32,000 nucleotides of DNA from an uncultured archaeon (GTDB taxonomy: Archaea; Asgardarchaeota; Lokiarchaeia; Sigyniarchaeales; Promethearchaeaceae): the NCBI GenBank assembly GCA_964426185.1, contig CAYRPF010000010.1, positions 15,914 through 47,913 on the forward strand, given 5' to 3'. A model generated the notes under the pieces. That model was not told the origin of the DNA. It did no database searches and worked only from the letters and a program-made list of their open reading frames with translations. Below, piece by piece: positions 17,078-27,611 of this stretch. How positions within the stretch are numbered: position 1 is the stretch's first letter; each line of letters begins with the position of its first letter. A program made the position numbers and the translations under genes.

Positions 17078-18835
17078 TTATTTTTTTTCTGAAAGATGTA
17101 TTACATGTTGAATCCGTTTTCTAATCCAAACTGGGGCCATCATTGACATGAGGGGACCCAATCGTGGTCCTTTTTTACTCCCCAAAAGGATAAGATAAAA
17201 AGCTTGGAATATCTTCATGGGTTTTACTTGTAACGTATCTCTTAGATGAACCATAATCTCTTTTATCCGATCTTCTGTTAATTCTTCTGCTGTTTCAATA
17301 ATGTTATAGAACTCTCTTAGAATTTTAATTTGTTCTGCTGATAATTTAGATACAAGTTCATCTGGAAATTCTTCTAAAATGGAGAAGAGTATTATTTTTC
17401 TTTCCATTTCCTTTTTATTTTGTAGATTTTTCTCATTTTCAATTAAATTTCTCATTTCTTGTATCCAATTACTTGTTTTTGCCAATTGCATCTTAAATTC
17501 TTCAACATCAAATTCTTGGTTTCCATACTCTTTGAGCAAATAATGTTTAGTTTTTGTTAGTACCCCAGATTCTTTCAAAATGGGTTTTAATTGTGCCAGA
17601 ATTGTGATTAATCGAAATGGAATTTGATATTTTAATTTTGCTTTTATTTTATCAGGAATAATTAACGGATATATATACTTAATTTCTCGATATTCGTTAT
17701 CTGAAATTGCAGGCTCTAAATCATAGTATATTCTTTCTATTCTTTGAAATTCATTATAATATTGTTCCATTTCTTCAATTCGAATTGAAATATGTTTAGT
17801 TGGATTTGCTTGATAAATTAACATTCTGAGAATTTTGGCTTCTGCCATTTCAAGAAATTTAGCAGGTGTAAAAACAATACCTTTAGAAGTTTTCATGTCT
17901 CGATCCCCTAAGCGTAACCATTCATATGCTACTTTAATGGGTCCTTCATATCCGTAGATTTCTTTGCATAATTCTAAACCTGTGTCATAGGATCCACCTG
18001 GAGTGCAATGATCTTTTCCTGCAGGTTCACAAATAGTATTAAAAATTGTCCATTTGGCGGGCCAATCTAATCTCCAATTTAATTTGACCAATCCACTTTG
18101 AATCGTCACTTTTCCTTCGTAACCGCAGCTTGGACAGCGATAAACACATTCGTCAGTATCCTCAAGATATTTCAAAACGCGATTTGGGCTGATTGTTCCA
18201 TCCTTTTGTTTTTTTTGCGTTGCTTGACATTTTTCACAAATAACCATGGCTCCCATCCAAGTTTTTTGTTGTTGTAGATATTCTTCTTTTTTTTCAGGGG
18301 CCATTGATCTTGTGAGATATTTTGCAACAATTTCCTTTACTAATTCATTTTTCTTTAGACCAATACGAATTTTCTCTTTCATTTCTTCTGTTTTATATAA
18401 ATTGTGGGTCCAAACAATTTCCGCTGAAATACCCATTTCTTGAAATGTTTGAGCTAATTCATTACCAAATATTTCTGCATAACTTTGAGAATCTGATGGA
18501 TCAAGTGGATTCGGGATTAGAGCAAATGGTTTGCCCAAATGTTTTTTAGCATAATCTGAAGGGATATAGGAAGGAAAACGCTTTGCGGCATCCAAATCAT
18601 CAATAAATAGACGAAATATTACGCGAAGGCATCTTTCCGCATATTTTCTTCTGATCGCTTCGCATATTAAGAGTTCTCGCATAATTCCCAAATGAATATG
18701 TCCACTAGGTGTTTTCCCAGTAGCTAAATTTATTTCATTAGGATTTCGAGCATCAATATCTCTTATAATTTTCTCAAGCCAATGATCTGGAAAGTGTGTA
18801 GGATTATTGGAGGTTGATTGATTCATTTCTTTCAT
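17078..18835 (-). CDS. lysS: Lysine--tRNA ligase, class I
   Basis: TGKTPSGHIHLG (HIGH-like), KLNWRLDWPAKW, EPAGKDH, MKTSKG (KMSKS-like), GPRLG. Likely ATG at 18835 or 18826. Confidence 0.96.
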   Translation of the reverse strand: MKEMNQSTSNNPTHFPDHWLEKIIRDIDARNPNEINLATGKTPSGHIHLGIMRELLICEAIRRKYAERCLRVIFRLFIDDLDAAKRFPSYIPSDYAKKHLGKPFALIPNPLDPSDSQSYAEIFGNELAQTFQEMGISAEIVWTHNLYKTEEMKEKIRIGLKKNELVKEIVAKYLTRSMAPEKKEEYLQQQKTWMGAMVICEKCQATQKKQKDGTISPNRVLKYLEDTDECVYRCPSCGYEGKVTIQSGLVKLNWRLDWPAKWTIFNTICEPAGKDHCTPGGSYDTGLELCKEIYGYEGPIKVAYEWLRLGDRDMKTSKGIVFTPAKFLEMAEAKILRMLIYQANPTKHISIRIEEMEQYYNEFQRIERIYYDLEPAISDNEYREIKYIYPLIIPDKIKAKLKYQIPFRLITILAQLKPILKESGVLTKTKHYLLKEYGNQEFDVEEFKMQLAKTSNWIQEMRNLIENEKNLQNKKEMERKIILFSILEEFPDELVSKLSAEQIKILREFYNIIETAEELTEDRIKEIMVHLRDTLQVKPMKIFQAFYLILLGSKKGPRLGPLMSMMAPVWIRKRIQHVIHLSEKK

Positions 18836-18928
18836 TAGTAAAAATATCTCGCGAATTATGAATTTTTCTAAAAAAAATAGAAGCAAAAAAGATAAGAATT
18901 AGGCCAAATTTCCTTTAATGAGAAGAAT

Positions 18929-20743
18929 ATGCGAATTGCAGTAATTAACCGCGATAGCTGTAAACCCACTGATTGCGCATCGGGACCAAACAAACCATGT
19001 ATAAAATACTGTCCTAGAAATCGAACTGGTGATGAAACGATTAAATTAGGGGATGACGGATATCCCCACATTAATCCCCTTTTATGCTCAGGTTGCGGAA
19101 TTTGTGTAAAAAAATGCCCTTTTCATTGTTATACAATTATAAATATTCCCGAAAAGCTGGAGAGCGAAGTTGTTCATAAATATTCACCTGATGGTTTCAG
19201 CCTTTTTCGAATGCTAATTCCTTCTAAAAGTAGAGTTCTTGGAGTAGTAGGTCAGAATGGAATTGGAAAATCAACCGCGCTAAAGATCCTTTCGGGTTCA
19301 TTAAAAATGAATTTAGGTAAATTCGGAGAAGAAACACCTGAATGGGATGAAATCATTTCAAATTTTAAAGGATCTACCCTCCAAGAATATTTTACTTTAT
19401 TGAAAGATAAGAAATTAACAATAGTTCATAAACCTCAAGAAATTACCGAAATTCCGAATTTTGTAAAAGGAAAAGTAGTTGATCTACTCAAAAAAATAAA
19501 TAACTCCCCAAAGATGGAAGAAATCGCTAAAAAATTAGATTTAGTTCATCTGTTAGAGAGAAATATTGGTGTTTTAAGTGGAGGGGAATTACAACGAGTT
19601 GCAATTGCAGCAGCACTACTACGGGATGGTGATTGTTATTTAATTGATGAACCTTCTTCATATTTAGATGTTTCTCAAAGGCTGAGGATGGCAAAATTAA
19701 TACGAAATCTTCCTCAAGATTCAAAACGGGTGGTTGTTATCGAACATGACTTAGCGATTCTCGATTTTCTGAGTGATCAAGTATGTTTACTTTATGGAGA
19801 ACCGGGAGCGTATGGTATAATTTCAAATGTAGCTGGTGTACGGGTTGGAATCAATACATTTCTAAATGGATATATTAAAAGTGAAAACATGCGATTTAGG
19901 GAAGAGCCTATCCATTTCCATGAACGCCCTCCAACACAATCTCTTTTCTATTCTTCTAAGGTTGTTTGTGAATATAACGATATGGAAACCCACCTGGGAG
20001 ATTTTAAATTAAAAGTATGTGCTGGAGAAATCCATGCTGGTGAAGTAATTGGTATATTAGGTCCAAACGGAAGTGGAAAGACTACTTTTATAAATCTTAT
20101 CGCTGGAAAAATAAAACCAACAAAGGGGATAAGCATCAATACTGAAGAATTAAAGATTGCAGTAAAACCTCAATATATTGAATATGATCCAGAAAAATCT
20201 GTTTTGGATATACTTCAAAAAATCCGAGGATCCCCGTATTTTGATACTCAATATAAAAAACGAATTCTTCGAGGATTAAAAGTCGAACAATTAGAATCTA
20301 GAACAATAGGAGAACTTTCGGGGGGTGAATTACAAAGAGTTGCAATTGCCGATTGTCTTACTGAAGATGCGGATCTTTACTTAATTGATGAACCTTCCGC
20401 ATTTTTGGATGTAGAAATGCGCCTTGCTATGGCTATGATTCTCCGTAGATCAATAGAAAGTAATAAAAAAGCGGCATTTGTGGTAGAGCATGACATTATC
20501 ACTCAAGATTTTATTAGTGATTCATTAATCGTATTTAAGGGCGATCCAGGGAATAGTTGTGCGTGCACGCCTCCTCAAGACTTACGTTCAGGAATGAACG
20601 AGTTTCTAAAGATGATGAACATTACTTTTAGAAGAGATCTCTCTACTGGGCGGCCTAGAGTAAACAAGTTGGGATCAAATATCGACAAAATGCAGAGAAA
20701 AATTGGAGAATATTATTATATTCCAACTAAAGACGAAGATTAA
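18929..20743 (+). CDS. rli: Ribosome recycling ATPase ABCE1/RLI
   Basis: N-terminal Fe-S domain (CSGCGICVKKCP), two ABC domains (GQNGIGKS, GPNGSGKT, LSGGELQR twice), C-terminal GRPRVNK. Confidence 0.98.
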   Translation: MRIAVINRDSCKPTDCASGPNKPCIKYCPRNRTGDETIKLGDDGYPHINPLLCSGCGICVKKCPFHCYTIINIPEKLESEVVHKYSPDGFSLFRMLIPSKSRVLGVVGQNGIGKSTALKILSGSLKMNLGKFGEETPEWDEIISNFKGSTLQEYFTLLKDKKLTIVHKPQEITEIPNFVKGKVVDLLKKINNSPKMEEIAKKLDLVHLLERNIGVLSGGELQRVAIAAALLRDGDCYLIDEPSSYLDVSQRLRMAKLIRNLPQDSKRVVVIEHDLAILDFLSDQVCLLYGEPGAYGIISNVAGVRVGINTFLNGYIKSENMRFREEPIHFHERPPTQSLFYSSKVVCEYNDMETHLGDFKLKVCAGEIHAGEVIGILGPNGSGKTTFINLIAGKIKPTKGISINTEELKIAVKPQYIEYDPEKSVLDILQKIRGSPYFDTQYKKRILRGLKVEQLESRTIGELSGGELQRVAIADCLTEDADLYLIDEPSAFLDVEMRLAMAMILRRSIESNKKAAFVVEHDIITQDFISDSLIVFKGDPGNSCACTPPQDLRSGMNEFLKMMNITFRRDLSTGRPRVNKLGSNIDKMQRKIGEYYYIPTKDED

Positions 20744-20823
20744 TTTCAACTAACCCTAACTTTTTTCTTCCATCCAAAATTTCTGTTTTTTAACCTTAAT
20801 ATTTAAATTTATCGACATTATTC

Positions 20824-20878
20824 GAAAAATTTAACTTTTATATTCACTTTTCTAAAGTAGATCCTTCATCTGAAGGAT
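20824..20878 (+). promoter_or_regulatory. Putative BRE/TATA promoter of the rpl3 operon, followed by a perfect inverted repeat
   Basis: Purine run, then TTTTATAT (20836-20843), then ATCCTTCA-TC-TGAAGGAT (20861-20878). Confidence 0.45.
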
Positions 20879-20908
20879 TCGAAAATAGTCATTCTGAGTG
20901 TGAAATAA

Positions 20909-21934
20909 ATGGGACATAGAAGGCAATCCGCCCCTCGACATGGATCTTTAGCATATCTTCCTCGAAAACGCGCAAGATATAATAAAGGTCGTGTCCGTCA
21001 CTGGCGTCCTTATCCAGATAAGGACATTAGGTTCCAAGGATTTGCAGGATTTAAAGCAGGGATGACTCATGTTGCGTATATTGAAGATCAAGAACACAGT
21101 GCCTTTTTTGGAAAAGAAATCGTAAAGGCAGTTACTGTTCTTGAAACCCCTCCCTTAGTATTATTTGGAGTAAAAGTTTATCATAGGGATGAATACGGTT
21201 TAAATACCATCGGAGAAGTATATGCTAAAGAGTTAAAACCTGAATTAGGAAGAAAAATCCAATTACCAAATCCAGAGACTTATAATTTCGAGGAAAAACT
21301 TAAGGAATTAGAAGCAAAGATCCAAGATCATGATGAAGTTCGTGGATTATTCCATACACAACCATGGAAATCAAGTGTACCACGAATTAAACCAGATATT
21401 CTCGAAATAAATGTGACTGGCGGCAATGGCAATGCAAAAGCTCACTTCAATTTTGTAAAAGAGCGATTAGGTCAAGAAATAAGAGTTCGTGATGTTATCG
21501 AAGAAGGATCACTAATCGATACGATTGGTGTTTCCAAAGGTAAAGGTTTTCAAGGCGCAGTTAAAAAATTCGGGATAAAATTAATGTCTCGGAAAAATCG
21601 TAAAGGAAAACGACGAGTTGGTTGTATAGGTCCTTGGAAACCCCCAAAATTATTGTATACCATCGCCCGTTCGGGACAAATGGGATATCATCAACGAGTA
21701 GAATATAACAAACGAATCTTAAAGATTTCAGAAGATAGTGATGAAATCAATCCAAAAGGAGGATTCATTCGCTATGGTCTAGTTAAAAGTGATTATATGC
21801 TTTTACTTGGCTCAGTTCCAGGTCCTAAAAAGCGATTAATCCGACTGAGAGATTGTATGAGACCTCGTGATAATTTCAAGGTATCCTCCCCTGAGATTAC
21901 TTATATTAGTAAAATCAGTCAACAAGGAAAATAG
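20909..21934 (+). CDS. rpl3: 50S ribosomal protein uL3
   Basis: PRHGSLAYLPRKRA, GFKAGMTH, SKGKGFQG, GQMGYHQR. Confidence 0.98.
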   Translation: MGHRRQSAPRHGSLAYLPRKRARYNKGRVRHWRPYPDKDIRFQGFAGFKAGMTHVAYIEDQEHSAFFGKEIVKAVTVLETPPLVLFGVKVYHRDEYGLNTIGEVYAKELKPELGRKIQLPNPETYNFEEKLKELEAKIQDHDEVRGLFHTQPWKSSVPRIKPDILEINVTGGNGNAKAHFNFVKERLGQEIRVRDVIEEGSLIDTIGVSKGKGFQGAVKKFGIKLMSRKNRKGKRRVGCIGPWKPPKLLYTIARSGQMGYHQRVEYNKRILKISEDSDEINPKGGFIRYGLVKSDYMLLLGSVPGPKKRLIRLRDCMRPRDNFKVSSPEITYISKISQQGK

Positions 21935-21944
21935 GTGAAGAAAA

Positions 21945-22742
21945 ATGGCGAAAAATACGAAATCTGTTAAAATACTCGGCTTAGATGGGACAGAAAAAGG
22001 AAATATCGAATTACCAGATGTGTTCAACCTATTTCCAAGATTTGATCTGATTCATCGTGCTGTAGTTTCTTCAGAATCTGCTCAAAAACAACCACAAGGA
22101 AGAGATCCATTAGCAGGAAAGCGAAACACTGCAGGAAGCTGGGGTACTGGATATGCTTCTGCAAGAGTTCCTCGTTTAACCGGATCTGGTTATCCATCTT
22201 CAAGAAATGCAGCATTTGCACCAGGAGTTGTAGGTGGGCGATTAGCTCATCCTCCACGTGCTGAAAAAGTAATTTTAAAGCGAATAAATAAAAAAGAAAA
22301 AGTGAATGCTTTATTATCAGCTATTTCTGCAACTGGAAAATTTGATCTTATCCAAAACCGAGGGCATAAAATTACTGAAGAAATGGAATTTCCATTGGTT
22401 ATCGACGATAAACTCCAAACGTTAAAAAAATCTTCACAAGTGATGGAGGTTCTTGAAAAACTTGGCTTAAATTTGGAATTAAAGCGAGTGAAAGAAGGAA
22501 AACAAATTCGAGCAGGAAAGGGAAAACGTCGAGGACGGAAGTACAAACGAAAAACTGGGCCTTTAATCGTTATTAAAGATGATTTTGGGATCTTTAAAGC
22601 AGCTCGTAATATTCCAGGTGTTGATGTTATCAATGTTAATGAACTTAGTTGCAAATTATTGGCTCCAGGAACCCATCCTGGTAGATTAGTTCTATGGACT
22701 CAATCTGCTTTCCAGCAGTTAAAGAAATTTGAGGTGAACTAA
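21945..22742 (+). CDS. rpl4: 50S ribosomal protein uL4
   Basis: [39 protein letters not shown]. Confidence 0.98.
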   Translation: MAKNTKSVKILGLDGTEKGNIELPDVFNLFPRFDLIHRAVVSSESAQKQPQGRDPLAGKRNTAGSWGTGYASARVPRLTGSGYPSSRNAAFAPGVVGGRLAHPPRAEKVILKRINKKEKVNALLSAISATGKFDLIQNRGHKITEEMEFPLVIDDKLQTLKKSSQVMEVLEKLGLNLELKRVKEGKQIRAGKGKRRGRKYKRKTGPLIVIKDDFGIFKAARNIPGVDVINVNELSCKLLAPGTHPGRLVLWTQSAFQQLKKFEVN

Positions 22743-22743
22743 A

Positions 22744-23010
22744 ATGGCAGATAATTATTACGCGATAATTAAAAAGCCTCTGGTAACTGAAAACACTTTT
22801 GATTTAATTGAAGATCAAAATAAAATCGTTTTTATCGTTGACCGTAAAGCAAATAAGTATCAGATCAAAAAAGCTATTGAAAAATTGTATGACGTTCAAG
22901 TTATTAAAGTCAATACATTAATTAATACTAAAGGAAGCAAAAAAGCATTTGTAAAACTCCATCCAAACTATTCTGCTGCAGATTTAGCAATAAAGCTTGG
23001 AATCTTTTAA
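22744..23010 (+). CDS. rpl23: 50S ribosomal protein uL23
   Basis: [31 protein letters not shown]. Confidence 0.98.
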   Translation: MADNYYAIIKKPLVTENTFDLIEDQNKIVFIVDRKANKYQIKKAIEKLYDVQVIKVNTLINTKGSKKAFVKLHPNYSAADLAIKLGIF

Positions 23011-23011
23011 G

Positions 23012-23047
23012 TTTCTTTTTTTTTCAATTCTTTCTTTTCTTTATTTC
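23012..23047 (+). terminator. T-rich archaeal-type terminator after rpl23
   Basis: Oligo-T tracts immediately after the stop codon, between convergent genes. Confidence 0.55.
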
Positions 23048-23127
23048 GTTCTAATGGGCAATCTACTAAACTTAGGTCAAATAGTCTGGTCTCTATCTAA
23101 CAGTAGAGAAACGACAAGAAATCTTTA

Positions 23128-24630
23128 TTAAAAAAAATTTGAAAAGATCAACATTTTTACTACTAATGAAATCACCAAAAAAGATCCTAAAAATAACAGA
23201 TCCACTTTTTTAAGAATTTTTCCAGAAACCATGGTATTAAAAGAAAATAAAGTTATAATTAAAAAATAAAGAGGAAGAATTAAAAAATACCATAAATCAT
23301 AAGTTTGTCCTATAAGTGGGGTATTACTTGAGAAATAATTGAAAATATGCATGTAATTTGAAAATATTACATGAAAAGCATACACAAAGGGGCTTAAAAT
23401 ACTTAAATTGATCATCGATACTAATTTGAAAATTAAAGATTTACTTCGTATTTCGTTTTGTATGAGTTCTTTTTGTTTCTTAATTTTTTCATGTTTGATC
23501 AAGATGTCCTTAAAGGATTTGAAGAAATCTTGTCCTTGTGTGCAATTTATTTTTAAGATCTGAGAAAATGCTTCTATAATGATGAAAATACTCTTGTTTT
23601 TGGTTCTCTCTTTTAGAATATGAAAAAAAGCGTCAATTGGATTAAAACTTCCAATTATTAGATCTCTAATATCTTTAATAGGTTTATTTGATGATTTTTG
23701 GAGAGAATTTAGAAGAGCTAATGGAGGAGAAAAGAATTGTAATTCGTAACTAAATAATTCAAAGAAATCAATAACTTCATTCAATCCAATGTTCTTTGAA
23801 TTTTTGCTTTTAATATAAATTAAAGGAAAAGAACTCTTCCATCTTTTAATTAAAAAGAAAAGCAACATCGTGAAGGATAAAATAATGAAAATAATATCTA
23901 AAATTGACTGAAAATAAAAAAGATTGACAGAAAAGAAAACAATTGGGAAAAAAAGGGTTAGAAAAACTAATATTTCTAAGTGAGTCTTAAATTTTGGCAA
24001 ATTAAATTCAAATTTATTCAACGTTTTTTCATCGAATTGAGAAATTAAGGAATTATTCAGATCATTTCGCTCAAGAATATAGCAGAATAAATCTTTAAAT
24101 TCTTTTGAATAAAACTGAATTTCTTGCAAATTTTTGGTAATATTACCCCCACGAAAAATATTTTGAATTTTCTCTTTAATATTTATACCTAAACTTGGAT
24201 TCTGAAAAAATATCTCAAAAATATATTGAAATGTATTAATTTGCCCAGAAAATGTTTTAGAAAAAAGTGACAAATTCAACAATATAAACCGATAGTTATC
24301 CATATTTTCATATTTTCGTTTTTGGATTTCTACATATAAGAAATTGTGAAGAAATGAGCCTAAAATAAAGATAATAATTAAAGAAAAAAATAAAAATCCC
24401 GTAATTTTAATTAATAAAATATAAACAAAGAAAAAAAGGATGAAGATTAAGCAAAATATAAGTAAGTTAAATTTTTGAATCTGAAATTGGGAAATTCCAA
24501 AAATAATTTCTACATCTCTCCATTTTTTTTCCCTTTTACGAAATAGAATTGGTGTAGATTTAAACATCAAACATGATTTAATATAGTATTTGAGAAGGAG
24601 ATCATTCAAATGAAAATAAATTTCAATCAC
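23128..24630 (-). CDS. Divergent TadC/GspF(PilC/ArlJ)-like pilus platform membrane protein
   Basis: TM pairs alternate with two helical soluble domains (e.g. IDFFELFSYEL..SPPLALL). It lies downstream of the secretion ATPase. The call relies partly on context and the start is uncertain. Confidence 0.6.
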   Translation of the reverse strand: MIEIYFHLNDLLLKYYIKSCLMFKSTPILFRKREKKWRDVEIIFGISQFQIQKFNLLIFCLIFILFFFVYILLIKITGFLFFSLIIIFILGSFLHNFLYVEIQKRKYENMDNYRFILLNLSLFSKTFSGQINTFQYIFEIFFQNPSLGINIKEKIQNIFRGGNITKNLQEIQFYSKEFKDLFCYILERNDLNNSLISQFDEKTLNKFEFNLPKFKTHLEILVFLTLFFPIVFFSVNLFYFQSILDIIFIILSFTMLLFFLIKRWKSSFPLIYIKSKNSKNIGLNEVIDFFELFSYELQFFSPPLALLNSLQKSSNKPIKDIRDLIIGSFNPIDAFFHILKERTKNKSIFIIIEAFSQILKINCTQGQDFFKSFKDILIKHEKIKKQKELIQNEIRSKSLIFKLVSMINLSILSPFVYAFHVIFSNYMHIFNYFSSNTPLIGQTYDLWYFLILPLYFLIITLFSFNTMVSGKILKKVDLLFLGSFLVISLVVKMLIFSNFF

Positions 24631-25059
24631 CTATTTAAAATGAATGTAGCCTATTGAATTACTAATTCCTGCTGTGTAGGTTGTTACAGAATTATTCAAC
24701 CCATAAATTTTTGTATTTTTCGATATTTTGAATACATATTTTTGGAATAAACTGAAATTTTCAATATAAAAAAAAAAGGTAATTTCTAGATACTTCTTTT
24801 CAAAATATCCTTCAATTGTCCCATATTGGCAAAAACTAAGTTGTACCGTCTCATTAAATTCAGAATTTATTGATGAATTTTCAATTCTATTCAAATTTTC
24901 TTCCAATTTAGAAGAGTCTTCCTTAACACTTTTTTCCCAGAAATCGTTTAATTGAAATTCAGGTAGTAAATAGTCTAAAGGAAAAAAAAACGGCAAAAAC
25001 ATTAAATTAAGAAGCAATCCAAAAGATATAATTAAGTATTTTTCAAGAATTTCACTCAT
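24631..25059 (-). CDS. Hypothetical N-terminally anchored protein in the pilus operon
   Basis: ATG at 25059 is 4 nt after the ATPase stop. Single N-terminal hydrophobic helix; its stop abuts the next gene. Confidence 0.55.
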   Translation of the reverse strand: MSEILEKYLIISFGLLLNLMFLPFFFPLDYLLPEFQLNDFWEKSVKEDSSKLEENLNRIENSSINSEFNETVQLSFCQYGTIEGYFEKKYLEITFFFYIENFSLFQKYVFKISKNTKIYGLNNSVTTYTAGISNSIGYIHFK

Positions 25060-25063
25060 TTCG

Positions 25064-27097
25064 TTATATTTCAGAAATAAAAGTATTAATATTCCGATAT
25101 AACTGGTCAATTTGAAAAAAATTAAATTTTTTATTATTATTAAGTTCAATGATAACCTCTTTAATTTTATCTAAAATTGATTGTAGTTGATTTCTTTTTA
25201 AGATAAAGATATTTTTATATTTATTATCTAAAAATTCTTGGATTTGTAACGCATTTTTTTTCCATCTGTGCTCTTGAAAATCAAAATTAAATAGTTTTAA
25301 TATCTTTATTTCTTTCAAAACAGGAATGTAAACAATCTGGTAAATCGAGTGAATAAATCGTTGATGATTAGTTCTTTTCATTAATATAATGATCCCTAAA
25401 TCATTCAAGCATGATTGGTTAATATTGTAATGAAAAATCCATCTGTTTATTAATCCATTAATTGAAGAGGCATGCGTTGTTTGAAGTCCTTTTAATCCAG
25501 CACTAAGACAGTGAAACATTGCATGTGTTTCTAAATTGCTTAAAATCTCACCAAGAATAATGAAATCACCTGAACGATGTAGTAATTTATAAATCTGTTT
25601 TTGTTTAGAATCTTTTTCTAAAGCTTCTGGTTTCACTATATATTTCAATTGATGAGATAAATTATTGATTTTACCTAAGGTTTCAATATTTTCTTCCACA
25701 TAAATTTTCCTAAAATGAGAAGGGGCATACATATCAATTGCATTGAGTAATGTCGTTTTTCCAGAATTTACTTCTCCCACAATGGTTATATTTATTCTAA
25801 AATAAACTGAAAACAAGATAAAGCTAGCAATTTCAATATTTAAGGTCTTTAAATTAACTAGATCTAAAAGTGTTAAAGTTTTTTTTTTCAAATTCCGAAT
25901 ATCAATAGCTATATTTTTCCAATGTGATGGATAAATATCTACACTAAATCTCGCGTAAAAATACTTTGATTGAAAAACATGCATAACATTTGGATGTTCT
26001 AAATCTAATCTCTTTTTACTTTCCAAACACACATAAGTCTTGATTGCTTCAATTTCTACATTAGAAAGCATTAGATCACTTTCTAATCTACCGTAACGTT
26101 GATGGTTAATATATAATGGAGTTTCAATTTCATCTATAAAAATTTCTTCAATCATTTCATCTTGAAGAAAGATAAAAATTTTCTCAAATTTTAAATATCT
26201 CAGCATTAAAATTAATGAAACTTTCTTTCGATCTTCACTAGTAAGTGAATTATAATATCCTGCTAAGTAATGAAAGAATTTACACGAAATATCATTGATT
26301 CGTTCAGATAAATTGGAAGAAATTAAAAAGTCAGATTTTCGGACTTTAAGAGAAACAAATTCAAGGATTTGATCTAATTTTGATAAAACATCTGATCTTA
26401 AATTTATTTCATAACGGATTTTTTTACAATGAATATTATTTTCATATATAATGATGTCGATTAAATCTTGAAAAACTTGATACCTTGTAATTAGTTTCTC
26501 TTGATTATTTGGAATAATTCTGCTTTTTATTGGCATGCTTTGAGTTAAATTTACGAATATTTTCTTCAGAGTATTAATATTCCAAGAGAGAATGGCATAG
26601 CTTATCCTAAGGTATTGTGAGATTTTTGATTTGTACTTTAATTTTTCAAATCCACTTAATATTTTTTGATTTTTTTTTTCATTTCTGTTCATTTTTTTAT
26701 TTGAATTATCACTTAATTCCGAATGATAATCCAAAATTTCATAGAATCGTATGATAGAAAAAGGTTCTTTGAAAAAAGTATTACTTAAGATTTTTTTACT
26801 ACTTCTACTTAGTTTCTTTCTTTTCTTACTATATTTCTTTTGAAATGATATATATAATTCTCTTAGTAGAGAGAGTACATTTATTTCTTCTTTTGATAGT
26901 ACTTGATTAAAAGGGCATACCACTTCTTCGATAATTTTGTCTTTGTGTTTTATAAAATAACTGAAGATACAATCAAAACAATCAGAATGATCACAATTTT
27001 TGAACCTTGAAGATAAATTTGGCAACAGTTTGTAAGATAAAGACTTGGTTGTTTGATTTGGTGATATTACAACTTGAAAGATATCCATAATCTTCAA
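25064..27097 (-). CDS. Type II/IV secretion (TadA/CpaF/VirB11-family) pilus assembly ATPase
   Basis: DEMIEEIFID, IDIR, Walker A GEVNSGKTT, Asp box YVEENIE, Walker B HRSGDFIILGEI, His box TTHA. Confidence 0.9.
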   Translation of the reverse strand: MKIMDIFQVVISPNQTTKSLSYKLLPNLSSRFKNCDHSDCFDCIFSYFIKHKDKIIEEVVCPFNQVLSKEEINVLSLLRELYISFQKKYSKKRKKLSRSSKKILSNTFFKEPFSIIRFYEILDYHSELSDNSNKKMNRNEKKNQKILSGFEKLKYKSKISQYLRISYAILSWNINTLKKIFVNLTQSMPIKSRIIPNNQEKLITRYQVFQDLIDIIIYENNIHCKKIRYEINLRSDVLSKLDQILEFVSLKVRKSDFLISSNLSERINDISCKFFHYLAGYYNSLTSEDRKKVSLILMLRYLKFEKIFIFLQDEMIEEIFIDEIETPLYINHQRYGRLESDLMLSNVEIEAIKTYVCLESKKRLDLEHPNVMHVFQSKYFYARFSVDIYPSHWKNIAIDIRNLKKKTLTLLDLVNLKTLNIEIASFILFSVYFRINITIVGEVNSGKTTLLNAIDMYAPSHFRKIYVEENIETLGKINNLSHQLKYIVKPEALEKDSKQKQIYKLLHRSGDFIILGEILSNLETHAMFHCLSAGLKGLQTTHASSINGLINRWIFHYNINQSCLNDLGIIILMKRTNHQRFIHSIYQIVYIPVLKEIKILKLFNFDFQEHRWKKNALQIQEFLDNKYKNIFILKRNQLQSILDKIKEVIIELNNNKKFNFFQIDQLYRNINTFISEI

Positions 27098-27125
27098 ATT
27101 TCGTGCACCTTAATAAAAAACGACA

Positions 27126-27611
27126 TTAAAATGCCAAAGAAAAAAAAATAGAGAAAAGAAAAAAAGGTGCCAGTGGGGTTTTATCTTCTTTTTTCTTTCC
27201 AAAAAAAATTTTGTAGAAACAAATAGAAAGAAGAAAGAAGAAAAAAAAAGCAAATAAATCTGGAAACTCAATTAAGAAAAAAGCACCACTCAATGACAAA
27301 TTATGGTTAAATACAGGATTTACTAAAATAAGAAGAGTTATTTTAATATCAGCTCCCCCTAACTGCTCTTTTTTATATAATTGGAGAAATATAAGACTGA
27401 TCAACACTTTGGTTAAAAAAATATCAAATTGCCAAACCCAATTGCCTAAAAAGAAAGAAACTATTGAAATCAATAAAATCATAATAAAAGCTTCAAAAAC
27501 TAATATCGAATCAATTTTCTGAAATAAAATATCTTCCAAACTAAAAAGAAAATAGAAAAACAGACTCATAAAATATAAAAGAATAACAATATATCCATTA
27601 TTCATAATCAT
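27126..27611 (-). CDS. Short prepilin peptidase (A24, TadV/CpaA-like)
   Basis: Polytopic membrane protein with both catalytic Asp motifs (SLEDI and LGGADIK) and a C-terminal PLAPF. Confidence 0.8.
   Translation of the reverse strand: MIMNNGYIVILLYFMSLFFYFLFSLEDILFQKIDSILVFEAFIMILLISIVSFFLGNWVWQFDIFLTKVLISLIFLQLYKKEQLGGADIKITLLILVNPVFNHNLSLSGAFFLIEFPDLFAFFFFFLLSICFYKIFFGKKKEDKTPLAPFFLFSIFFSLAF

Noticed and set aside
113-20139. Other 60-93 aa track ORFs overlapping larger genes (113, 3374, 6560, 6803, 7163, 8433, 12546, 12920, 13603, 14222, 16693, 18246, 18322, 18868, 19527, 19948)
   Set aside because: Out-of-frame or antisense overlaps with well-supported CDSs, with no recognisable motifs.
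21836-22654. Antisense ORFs 21836-22027, 22024-22257 and 22247-22654
   Set aside because: Shadow frames of rpl3/rpl4.
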